32,009 nucleotides of DNA from Verrucomicrobiota bacterium (GTDB lineage: Bacteria > Verrucomicrobiota > Verrucomicrobiia > Limisphaerales > UBA11358). The stretch covers positions 1-32,009 of the forward strand of contig JAJPKI010000194.1 of the NCBI GenBank assembly GCA_021323835.1, read 5' to 3'. Positions 7,107-15,936 of the stretch are shown piece after piece; the stretch's first letter is position 1, and the number at the start of each line of letters is the position of its first letter. The position numbers were made by a program, and so were the translations under genes. The notes beneath the pieces are model-generated. The model did no database searches, was not told the DNA's origin, and saw nothing but the letters and a program-made list of their open reading frames with translations.

Positions 7107-10100
7107 ATGAAAAACCCCATTCAACGCATGAAAAAAACCGGTTCCAGCCCTTTTTCTCTGGCACAACTAATCACTGCAGTGACTATATTTTTAAGTGTAT
7201 GTGCCGCGAACGTGGCTTCGGCGGCCAATGGTCTTTGGACGGGTGCAAATGTCACCACATCCACCAATTGGAACACGGGCGGCAACTGGAGCGGTGGCAG
7301 TGTGCCGTCGGCGGGTTCTTTTTTATATTTTGGAAAAGCTGGGGCTGGAGGCACGTTGTTGACCAACGACATTGCTGTTAACACGTCATTCGCAGGTATC
7401 ACTTTTTCCAACGCAACAGGTGATGCATTCACATTTCAAGGTAACAGTATCACGCTCACCGGCGGCATTACCAATAATTCAAGTAGTAGCCAGTTAATCA
7501 ACTTTGCCATTGTCAACAATGTGAGCAATACCATTAATGGTGGAAGCGCGGCAATGACGCTTGGTGGAGCAATTACCGGAACGGGCGCGTTAACAAATGT
7601 CGGGACAAGTGTTTTATTTTTAACAAACGGCAACGGCAATGCCTTTTCAGGCGGACTGACCATTAATGCAGGGACGGTATACGTTGGCGCTGGCGCCAGT
7701 GGCAACAGCAGCCTTGGCAAAGGCGATGTAACTGTTAATTCCAGCGGAACATTGATTGCCACCAACGCCGACGGCTTTGGATTTACTCCCGCCAGCAAAA
7801 ATACGCCAAACAATTTTTTCATCAATGGTGGAACGGTTACCAAAACGGCCGGTGTCACCGTGTCGCTTGACGAAAATATCACCTTCAGCAACGGCGGCAC
7901 GATTACAACTCCGGCGGGAGACGCCAATAATTGGACGATATTGGGATTTCAAAATGTTAATGCTCAAAGCCTCATCATCACCACGCTTGCTTCCAGCACG
8001 ACGGCAACCATCAGCCAAGGCGGGACCGGCCTTTGGAATCCCAATAAGCATGCCGTCACTTTCAATATCGCTTCAGGCAGCACGCCCAGCGGAGTGGACT
8101 TGCTGTTTTCAGCCGTTTGGGGCGGTAACCAACCGTTGATCAAAACCAACACCGGCACGTTGAAAATGAACGCCGTGAACACTTCCAGTGCTGTGGTAAC
8201 CAATAGTCAAGGCACGCTGCTTGTCAGTGGATCGTTGGCATCCAGCAGCAAAGTGTATAACAACGCCGTGCTATGTGGTTCCGGCACGATTAATGGACCG
8301 ACGACCAATCTCACCAGCAGTGCGCAAATCAATCAAGAGACAAATTATCTTATCTCCGGCACTGTAGGCACGCTGGCATTTGGCAGTAGCTTGGATATGA
8401 GCGCAGGTGGAACGTGTTCTTTGGATTTAAGCACGTCATCTGGTTCGGGGAATGACAAAATTACGGTGACGAGCGGGTTGACGCTGAACAATAATGTATT
8501 TCACATCAAGGCATTGAGCGGCGTGGCGAACTTGGACACGAGCGCCAATTATATTCTTGTGCAGGCTGGTTCTGTTTCCGGAACGCCCAATCCCACTCCA
8601 GTATGGGATGGCACACCGCCAGCCAATAGCAATCAATTTCAAGTTCATGTTGCGGGCAATAATGTCGTGCTTCAGACGATTGTGAATCCAATCATCTTGT
8701 CAGCCACAGCTACTCCAACAACCGTAACCAATAAACAATCAGTATTGTTGACTGTCACTGTAACGAATGGGACTCCTCTTTATACTATCACAGTGAATGC
8801 ATCTTCGATAGGCGCGCCTTCAAGTGTGGCTCTCGCCTTGCAAGGTGGCGGTGTGACGCCTGGAGTTGGATATGTTTATACTAACACTACAGCGGCCACA
8901 AATGCTGCGGGAGTTTACTCATTGCCGGTCAATGTGGCTGATAGCGGGTCCGGAACGGCCAGCAATAACATTGCGTTAACTGTTACCGAATACTTGACAT
9001 GGAATGGCGATGGCAGCGGCAATAGTTTCTGGGACACCACCGGTGACGTGGAATGGCAGAATGCCCGGGTTTATTCGAATGCTTACACGGTGCGTTTTGA
9101 CGATTCAGTAACGGGTGTCAATGCTACCAATGTCAATTTGTTGGAGACTCTTTCACCGAGCAGTATTGTTGTCAGCAATACTGCTGGAACGCCAACGGCA
9201 AATTACACATTCAACGGCAGCACAGCAACGAATGCGATTTCCGGCACAACAAGTTTGCTCAAACAAGGTTCAGGCGCTTTGACTTTGCAGGAAGGCAGTG
9301 ACAGCTTCAGTGGCGGCATTACTGTGGGCGGCGGTTCGTTGCTTGTTTCCGATAATCCCGGCACCGTGGGCATTTTGGGCGGGTTAACGGTCACCAATGG
9401 TGGCAGCGTGATTCTTGATGAACTTGGCTCAATCTCAGGTGGAATAACAATTGGAAACGCTTCCAGTGTGCAAATTGGCGAAAACGACCAATATGGGCAC
9501 ACGTTTAATGGCATAGTAACGATGGATGGCACGCTGATATTTAATAACTCAATCGGAAATGATGTCTCGGTCGGCAATTTAATTAGCGGTTCTTCGACTG
9601 GGAATCTGGTTCAAAGCAATGCGAACAATGTCACGCTTTCGGGCGCAAGCACCTTTGCGGGCAATGTTACTGTTGACAGTGGAACACTCACTGACACAAA
9701 AGTCGGCGCTGCCGATGGCAGCAACGGTGGTTTGGGGGCTGCGGTAGCCGGCAAAACGGTTACCGTCAATCCTGGCGCGACACTTGTTATTCCTCAAAAC
9801 GTGTTTGGCGGCAACTTGATTTCTGAAGCCAACATGCCTTCCATGATTATCAATGGTGGCATTGTGACCAATAATACTAAGTATACGGCCATTGGCGCTG
9901 TGATGCTGAACAATGGGGCTGTTTTGGTTCAAAGCCCATCCAGCGTGAATAGTTTTCAGGGTTATCAATTCCGCGGCACGATTACAGTTGGAGGCTCTTC
10001 GGCTTCAACCATCTCCACCATGAACGGCACGGATAATCATCTGGATACCAACACAGTTTTCAATGTTGCGGATGCAACCGGCGATTCGGGAGTGGATTTG

Positions 10101-10916
10101 ACCGTGTCAACCGGATTGAGAAATACGTCTCCTGATTTTGGCCAAGTTCCGAGTAGTTTAATCAAGAGTGGCGCGGGCACAATGCTATTGACTGCGAGTA
10201 ATAGCTATACCGGCAACACAACCATCAGTGCTGGCGCGTTAGCTTTGAGTGGTGCTGGTTCTATTTCCAATAGTCCTAACATCATTGTTTCCAGTGGAGC
10301 GACGTTTGATGTTTCCGCGCTTTCACCAGCCTTTATGCTCATGCCAAGTCAAACATTGAGCAACAGCACTTCAACGGCTGTTCTCAATGGCAGCGTTGAC
10401 GCAAGCGCTGGAAAGGTTTCGCTGACTTATGCTTCAGGGACGCCATCGTTTAACGTGGCAAGCGGCACGCTGACGCTAGCCTCCGGAACGACATTCAAAG
10501 TTAACAACACGGGAGCGGCATTGGCGGTGGGCAGTTACAAAATTATTTCCAAAGCTGGCAGCGGCTCGGTGAATGGGACTGCCCCATCGTCAGTGACAGT
10601 TGGCGGGGGCGGTGTTTCCGGGACAGCTTCGCTGCAAATCTCCGGTGGCGAACTGTATTTGGTGGTTGCTGCCGGAACGCCACCAACACCTCATATTACT
10701 ACCTTTCATGTAGTCGGAATGACGCTGACGATTTCAGCAACCAATGGCGCGAACAATGGAACTTATGTGCTGTTCGAAAGCACGAATGTTGCGCTGCCTC
10801 TGACCAATTGGACTCCGGTGTTGACGAACGTTTTTGATGGCAGCGGCAATTTAAATTTGTCCACCAACATCGTAAATCCGAACAACAGCCAGCAATTCTA
10901 CATCCTGTCGCAATAA
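7107..10916 (+). CDS. Giant secreted autotransporter-associated beta-strand-repeat protein (surface adhesin-like), 1269 aa
   Basis: ATG at 7107 inside ORF 6879..10916 gives the signal peptide MKNPIQRMKKTGSSPFSLAQLITAVTIFLSVCAANVASA. It is followed by the family-typical opening ANGLWTGANVTTSTNWNTGGNWSGGSVPSAG. Repeated units include LIKSGAGTMLLTASNSYTGNTTISAGALALSGAGSI. Composition is rich in G/T/S/N. An Ig-like middle segment is present, and the C-terminal domain ends QQFYILSQ. Confidence 0.9.
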   Translation: MKNPIQRMKKTGSSPFSLAQLITAVTIFLSVCAANVASAANGLWTGANVTTSTNWNTGGNWSGGSVPSAGSFLYFGKAGAGGTLLTNDIAVNTSFAGITFSNATGDAFTFQGNSITLTGGITNNSSSSQLINFAIVNNVSNTINGGSAAMTLGGAITGTGALTNVGTSVLFLTNGNGNAFSGGLTINAGTVYVGAGASGNSSLGKGDVTVNSSGTLIATNADGFGFTPASKNTPNNFFINGGTVTKTAGVTVSLDENITFSNGGTITTPAGDANNWTILGFQNVNAQSLIITTLASSTTATISQGGTGLWNPNKHAVTFNIASGSTPSGVDLLFSAVWGGNQPLIKTNTGTLKMNAVNTSSAVVTNSQGTLLVSGSLASSSKVYNNAVLCGSGTINGPTTNLTSSAQINQETNYLISGTVGTLAFGSSLDMSAGGTCSLDLSTSSGSGNDKITVTSGLTLNNNVFHIKALSGVANLDTSANYILVQAGSVSGTPNPTPVWDGTPPANSNQFQVHVAGNNVVLQTIVNPIILSATATPTTVTNKQSVLLTVTVTNGTPLYTITVNASSIGAPSSVALALQGGGVTPGVGYVYTNTTAATNAAGVYSLPVNVADSGSGTASNNIALTVTEYLTWNGDGSGNSFWDTTGDVEWQNARVYSNAYTVRFDDSVTGVNATNVNLLETLSPSSIVVSNTAGTPTANYTFNGSTATNAISGTTSLLKQGSGALTLQEGSDSFSGGITVGGGSLLVSDNPGTVGILGGLTVTNGGSVILDELGSISGGITIGNASSVQIGENDQYGHTFNGIVTMDGTLIFNNSIGNDVSVGNLISGSSTGNLVQSNANNVTLSGASTFAGNVTVDSGTLTDTKVGAADGSNGGLGAAVAGKTVTVNPGATLVIPQNVFGGNLISEANMPSMIINGGIVTNNTKYTAIGAVMLNNGAVLVQSPSSVNSFQGYQFRGTITVGGSSASTISTMNGTDNHLDTNTVFNVADATGDSGVDLTVSTGLRNTSPDFGQVPSSLIKSGAGTMLLTASNSYTGNTTISAGALALSGAGSISNSPNIIVSSGATFDVSALSPAFMLMPSQTLSNSTSTAVLNGSVDASAGKVSLTYASGTPSFNVASGTLTLASGTTFKVNNTGAALAVGSYKIISKAGSGSVNGTAPSSVTVGGGGVSGTASLQISGGELYLVVAAGTPPTPHITTFHVVGMTLTISATNGANNGTYVLFESTNVALPLTNWTPVLTNVFDGSGNLNLSTNIVNPNNSQQFYILSQ

Positions 10917-10944
10917 AGGAGAACGACAGGAATCCTCGAATAAT

Positions 10945-10976
10945 GGCCGTCGGACACGACGTTTTGTCCGGCGGCC
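10945..10976 (+). terminator. Stem-loop, candidate intrinsic terminator after the giant gene
   Basis: GGCCGTCGGACA (10945-10956) pairs with TGTCCGGCGGCC (10965-10976) with one G-T wobble and an 8-nt loop, followed by TCTTT. Begins 29 nt after the stop. Confidence 0.55.
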
Positions 10977-11013
10977 TCTTTAATGAAATGGACGATTTTG
11001 ACGGAGATTTTGA

Positions 11014-11898
11014 ATGAAAATAAGAAGATATAAAAGCGCATTTGGTTTTACGCTAATTGAACTATTAGTGGTCATTGCCATCATCGCCATTCTGGCTGCC
11101 ATGTTATTGCCGGCATTGGCTGCCGCCAAACGCAAGGCGCAAAAAATCAATTGTCTCAGCAATGTCAAACAATTGACGACGTCAGCGTTCTTGTATATGA
11201 ACGATTACAACACCACCATCAATTATGGCGGGAAAGATTCCAATGGAAACTATATCACGTGGCTGGACGCGATAGGTCAGAATATATCCCAAGCCTATGC
11301 AGCGCGGCTGTGTCCAACGGCAAACACGCTCGGTGCTGCCCCATCCTATCTTGGCACCGCCGACCATTGTTATATTACGGCAGGTGGGTCAGCAACCAAT
11401 CCGACTAATTGGATGAGTTACGCTATAAACGGCTGGCTATACGATCCAAGTTCTGGAAATCCAAATCCAACGACTTTTGCTCCTGACACTCCGTCAGGTT
11501 CCTATTATCGAAGGGGCGCAAATATTAAACAGTCCGCCATTACACCTATATTCGCAGATGGAATAAAAGAAGACGGCTGGCCAAATAATAATTCAGTTAC
11601 TGTTGATCCTGCTTCCTATGTTGGCGGCGCCGGAAGCGGCACTGCCGATTTATACAATTCAAATGTCAGCCAACAAGGCATGGCGCGGTTTCTTATTGGG
11701 CGGCATAGTTCATTTTCTGCCAGCAGTGCTCCGCGAAATGCTAGCACTGCCACTGCCGGCAAAAGTGGAACTGTCATTCCGTTGCCCGGCGCAATTAACA
11801 TGGGTTTTGCCGATGGTCATGCCGAAACCATCAAACTTTTCAATCTTTGGAGTTTGGCATGGAGCGGAACGAGTTTTTCTCAAGCACAGCCAAAATAA
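11014..11898 (+). CDS. Prepilin-type N-terminal cleavage/methylation domain protein, H-X9-DG class (pseudopilin-like)
   Basis: N-terminus [54 protein letters not shown] is the canonical type IV prepilin leader plus hydrophobic helix. The C-terminal [13 protein letters not shown] matches the DGH signature of the PVC H-X9-DG family. Confidence 0.9.
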   Translation: MKIRRYKSAFGFTLIELLVVIAIIAILAAMLLPALAAAKRKAQKINCLSNVKQLTTSAFLYMNDYNTTINYGGKDSNGNYITWLDAIGQNISQAYAARLCPTANTLGAAPSYLGTADHCYITAGGSATNPTNWMSYAINGWLYDPSSGNPNPTTFAPDTPSGSYYRRGANIKQSAITPIFADGIKEDGWPNNNSVTVDPASYVGGAGSGTADLYNSNVSQQGMARFLIGRHSSFSASSAPRNASTATAGKSGTVIPLPGAINMGFADGHAETIKLFNLWSLAWSGTSFSQAQPK

Positions 11899-11973
11899 TT
11901 GTTGAGCCATCGGAAAGTTCAGTGTGGCAATAGTTTATCCAAGTGCTTTTGAGGTTTGTCTAGCGAAGGCGCA

Positions 11974-13701
11974 ATGAAAAGTTTATTTCTTTCAATTTTA
12001 TTTTTATTCGTAATGACCCAAATTATTTTTGCCCAAGCGGATTGGGTTCACTTCGACAATAGCAGCACACTGGTTTATTCCAACGACAATTTAGGCAATC
12101 ATTTGATTGATTATTCTTACGCCGGTTACAAAAGCGGTGGAGTGGCAATTCCAACCAATATGGCCGCGCAACAAACGATAAGCGTTATCAGTGGCGATAA
12201 CACGGCCAACATTCAGAATGCCATCAATTATGTAGGCACCCTGACACCGGATACGAATGGTTTTCGCGGTGTAGGGTTGCTTAACCCGGGCACTTATGAA
12301 ATGGACGGCACGCTGACGTTCAACAGCAACAACGGCGTCGTCCTGCGCGGTTCAGGAACAAATAATACGACCCTGGTTTTTTATGGGACGAGCGGCACGT
12401 CAATTACTCTATCTGGCGGCGGAGTAAACCATATCAGTGGCGCGACTACTCATTACATCACTGATAGCTACGTTCCGCTTGGCGCAACCAATTTTCATTT
12501 GGATAGTGTTAGCGAATTAGGAGTGGGAACGAACATTGTTGTCGAACGGCCATTTATGGCTGCATGGATTACAGCCATTGGCATGAGCAACCTTTGGGGA
12601 ACAAACACGACCTATTACACAGATGCCGAGCGCAAAATAACCGCCATCAACGGCAATCAGGTGACGGTAGACATTCCATTGCCGACGCCGATAGAATCGC
12701 AATGGACAGTTGGCGACGTATGGCGTTACAAAGACGGTCGTGTGCAACAGTGCGGCGTGGAAAACATGACCGTGTCTTCAAATTTTGGATTGACCAATAA
12801 AGCGCAAAACGGCGGCATCCTGGCAATCAGTTTGGGCAACGCGGAAAATTGTTGGGTTCGCAACATTGCCTTTAATGGTTACGGCGGCGCGGTTTCTTGC
12901 GGTGGAAAATGGAATACGGTTCAAGATTGCACCTTTGTCAATGGACCAAATAACGGCAGCGCGCGACCGGGAGCGTTTGAATTTTACAATGCGCAGTTAT
13001 CATTGATTCAACGCATCACCGGCATTAGTGGGTTCGAGCATTTTTTGCAAACTCGCGACGAAGGCGCCGGTCCAAATGTTTTTCTATATTGCAATACGAT
13101 TGGAACCAATTTCGACAGCGGACCGCATCGGTTATGGGCGACCGGTTTATTAACGGACAATGAATCCGGCACGGTCAACAATATCCATGACGTCATTACC
13201 ACTGGCGGTGGCAACGGATGGGGCGCAGGCTTCAGCGTCTTTTACAACTGCCAAAGCACCAATCACACGATTCAATGTCCTGCAGTCACAAATCATTACA
13301 ATTGGTGGATTGGCGGTTCAGGCGCAAACATCAGCGACCTCGTCAACAATCCGGCAACTTTCGATTACGATGGCACAATGGTCGCGCCGCAAAGTTTGTA
13401 TCTGGAACAATTGAAAGAAAGGCTTGGTGTTCAAGCGGTGGAAAATATCGGCTACACGATTGAATCGCCTCGCATTGCGAGCGTGGTTGTTTCGGACAAG
13501 AATTTGCAGGTAACGGCTTCGAACAATTCTGCAAACTCCAACTGGACTTACTGGACATTATTGCAAAGCACAAATCTTTCGCTGCCGTTAAGCCAATGGC
13601 GGACGGATCGAATCGTAATTTTTAGTGCGAATGGCAATTTGACGACGAACATCATCAACGTCGTGACCAACAGCCAAAGTTTTTATATCTTGAAACAATG
13701 A
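11974..13701 (+). CDS. Secreted right-handed beta-helix (pectate-lyase-superfamily-like) protein, putative glycan-active enzyme, with C-terminal FYILKQ domain
   Basis: ATG at 11974 gives the signal peptide [22 protein letters not shown]. The N-terminal pattern [11 protein letters not shown]...[23 protein letters not shown] resembles pectate_lyase_3/GH55-type beta-helix openings. The C-terminal ~75 aa are homologous to the C-terminus of the giant protein. The gene is solid; the enzymatic class is uncertain. Confidence 0.7.
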   Translation: MKSLFLSILFLFVMTQIIFAQADWVHFDNSSTLVYSNDNLGNHLIDYSYAGYKSGGVAIPTNMAAQQTISVISGDNTANIQNAINYVGTLTPDTNGFRGVGLLNPGTYEMDGTLTFNSNNGVVLRGSGTNNTTLVFYGTSGTSITLSGGGVNHISGATTHYITDSYVPLGATNFHLDSVSELGVGTNIVVERPFMAAWITAIGMSNLWGTNTTYYTDAERKITAINGNQVTVDIPLPTPIESQWTVGDVWRYKDGRVQQCGVENMTVSSNFGLTNKAQNGGILAISLGNAENCWVRNIAFNGYGGAVSCGGKWNTVQDCTFVNGPNNGSARPGAFEFYNAQLSLIQRITGISGFEHFLQTRDEGAGPNVFLYCNTIGTNFDSGPHRLWATGLLTDNESGTVNNIHDVITTGGGNGWGAGFSVFYNCQSTNHTIQCPAVTNHYNWWIGGSGANISDLVNNPATFDYDGTMVAPQSLYLEQLKERLGVQAVENIGYTIESPRIASVVVSDKNLQVTASNNSANSNWTYWTLLQSTNLSLPLSQWRTDRIVIFSANGNLTTNIINVVTNSQSFYILKQ

Positions 13702-15929
13702 TTTCAAAAACGACATTCTGTTTCTCCGTCGCAATCTTCTGGTTATGCAATGTCATGGCCGGTGATTTAACGCTTTGGTATCTGCAACCGGCAAAAAATG
13801 AGATCACCGAAGGCTTGCCCATCGGCAACGGAAGCTTCGGCGGATTGATTCTCGGTGCGCCGGAAAGAGAGCGAATTGTTTTGGATGAAGACAGTTTGTG
13901 GACAGGCGATGAAAATCCATCCGGCAATTACGAAACGATGGGCGCTTATCAATTTCTCGGAGATTTGTTCGTCAATTTGCCTGAACACAAAACATTTTCT
14001 GATTACCGCCGCGACCTCGACATTTCTAATTCGCTGGCTCACGTCAGCTACACGGCAAACGGCGTAAAATATCAGCGCGAAATTTTTTGCAGTCATCCGG
14101 CGGGCGTGATGGTGGCGCGATTTACGGCGGACAAACCCGGCAGTTATACCGGCAGCATCGAATTGAAAGATTCGCACGGTGCGCAAACCATCGCCGATGG
14201 AAAAGAATTGGTCTTTGCCGGAGTGTTGACCAACGGATTGAAATATGAATGTCGCCTGATGATTTTGCCTGATGGCGGTTCTGTTTCAACCAATGGTTCA
14301 ACGCTCGAATTCACCAATTGCAACGGCTTCACGTTGTTGCTCGCTGCCGGAACGGACTATGCAATGGATTACGCCAAACATTTTCGCGGCGCCGACCCAC
14401 ACGATAAAATTGTCGCCGAATTAAAATCCGCTTCAGAGAAAAATTACGATGAACTGAAATTCGAACACGTCAAAGATTTTCAATCCCTGTTCAATCGCGT
14501 GAGCGTGGACTTAGGTAATTCATCCGATGCACAACGCGCTTTGCCGACCGACCAGCGCAAAATTGCTGCGGGAAAAACCGTTGATCCGGAAATGGAAGAA
14601 TTGCTTTTTCGATACGGCCGCTACTTGATGATTTCCTGTTCGCGTCCCGGCGGTTTGTCGGCAAATTTGCAAGGGCTTTGGAACGATTCCGACAATCCAC
14701 CATGGCATTCGGATTATCACGCCAATATCAACATTCAGATGAATTATTGGCCAGTGGAAGCGGCGAACCTTTCCGAATGCCAATTGCCGCTGTTCGATTT
14801 GATTGCGAGTCAACTTCCGGCATGGCGCGATGCCAGCGATAAATCGCCGGATTTAAAAGCCCCGTCCAACAAAATGACTGCTCGCGGTTTTGCCATCCGC
14901 ACATCGCACAATATTTTTGGCGGCATGGGTTGGAATTGGGACAAAACCGCGAATGCATGGTATTGCCAGCACTTCTGGGAGCACTTTGCATTTACGCGCG
15001 ACACGAATTTTTTGCGAACGCTTGCTTATCCGGTGATGCGCGAAACGTGTGAATTTTGGGAAGACCATTTGAAGACACTACCGGATGGACGACTCGTCGT
15101 TCCAAATGGCTGGTCGCCGGAGCATGGCCCGATTGAAGATGGCGTCAGTTACAATCAGGAAATTGTCTGGGATTTGTTCGACAATTATGTTCACGCGTCC
15201 GACGTTCTGGGTGTTGACGAAAATTATCGGAATAAAATTGCTGCCATGCGCGACAACCTCGTAACGCCGCACATTGGTAGCTGGGGACAATTGCTGGAAT
15301 GGATGAATGAAAAGCGCGGAACAAATGCCGTTCCTAAAAATCCTGAATTGGACACACTGAACGACCATCATCGTCACACATCTCATTTGTTTGGCGTTTA
15401 TCCAGGCCATCAAATCAGCGTCAACAAAACTCCGGCGTTGGCAAAAGCGGCGAAAGTTTCGCTCGACGCGCGCGGCATCACCGGTGACGTGCGGGAATGG
15501 TCTCTCGCATGGCGTTGCGCGCTTTACGCGCGACTGCACGACGGCGAGGACGCGCACAAAATGGTTCAGGATATGTTTGCCGAACGCGACCCGAAGCGGC
15601 ACGAATATTTTACCTGCCCGAATCTCTTTGGTTTTCATCCGCCGATGCAAATTGATGGTGACTTCGGCATCGCTGCCGGCATTTGCGAAATGTTGTTGCA
15701 AAGCCAGGATGGCGAATTGGATTTGCTGCCCGCATTGCCATCGGAATGGCCGACCGGTTCAGTGAAAGGCTTGCAGGGGCGCGGCGGATTTACGGTGGAT
15801 GAAAACTGGAGCGGTGGAAAATTGGTTTCCGCTACCATTCGCAGTGCCTTCGGCGGAACCGTGAAAGTGCGTTACGGCGACGTTATAAAACAATTGGAAA
15901 TCAAACCCAGCGAAGCTGTGAATTTTTAA
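13698..15929 (+). CDS. Glycoside hydrolase family 95 (alpha-L-fucosidase / alpha-L-galactosidase type)
   Basis: Signal peptide is present. GH95-typical motifs: [28 protein letters not shown]...[27 protein letters not shown], and [26 protein letters not shown]. The start overlaps the upstream stop (ATGA at 13698-13701). Confidence 0.9.
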   Translation: MISKTTFCFSVAIFWLCNVMAGDLTLWYLQPAKNEITEGLPIGNGSFGGLILGAPERERIVLDEDSLWTGDENPSGNYETMGAYQFLGDLFVNLPEHKTFSDYRRDLDISNSLAHVSYTANGVKYQREIFCSHPAGVMVARFTADKPGSYTGSIELKDSHGAQTIADGKELVFAGVLTNGLKYECRLMILPDGGSVSTNGSTLEFTNCNGFTLLLAAGTDYAMDYAKHFRGADPHDKIVAELKSASEKNYDELKFEHVKDFQSLFNRVSVDLGNSSDAQRALPTDQRKIAAGKTVDPEMEELLFRYGRYLMISCSRPGGLSANLQGLWNDSDNPPWHSDYHANINIQMNYWPVEAANLSECQLPLFDLIASQLPAWRDASDKSPDLKAPSNKMTARGFAIRTSHNIFGGMGWNWDKTANAWYCQHFWEHFAFTRDTNFLRTLAYPVMRETCEFWEDHLKTLPDGRLVVPNGWSPEHGPIEDGVSYNQEIVWDLFDNYVHASDVLGVDENYRNKIAAMRDNLVTPHIGSWGQLLEWMNEKRGTNAVPKNPELDTLNDHHRHTSHLFGVYPGHQISVNKTPALAKAAKVSLDARGITGDVREWSLAWRCALYARLHDGEDAHKMVQDMFAERDPKRHEYFTCPNLFGFHPPMQIDGDFGIAAGICEMLLQSQDGELDLLPALPSEWPTGSVKGLQGRGGFTVDENWSGGKLVSATIRSAFGGTVKVRYGDVIKQLEIKPSEAVNF

Positions 15930-15936
15930 CCGACAA

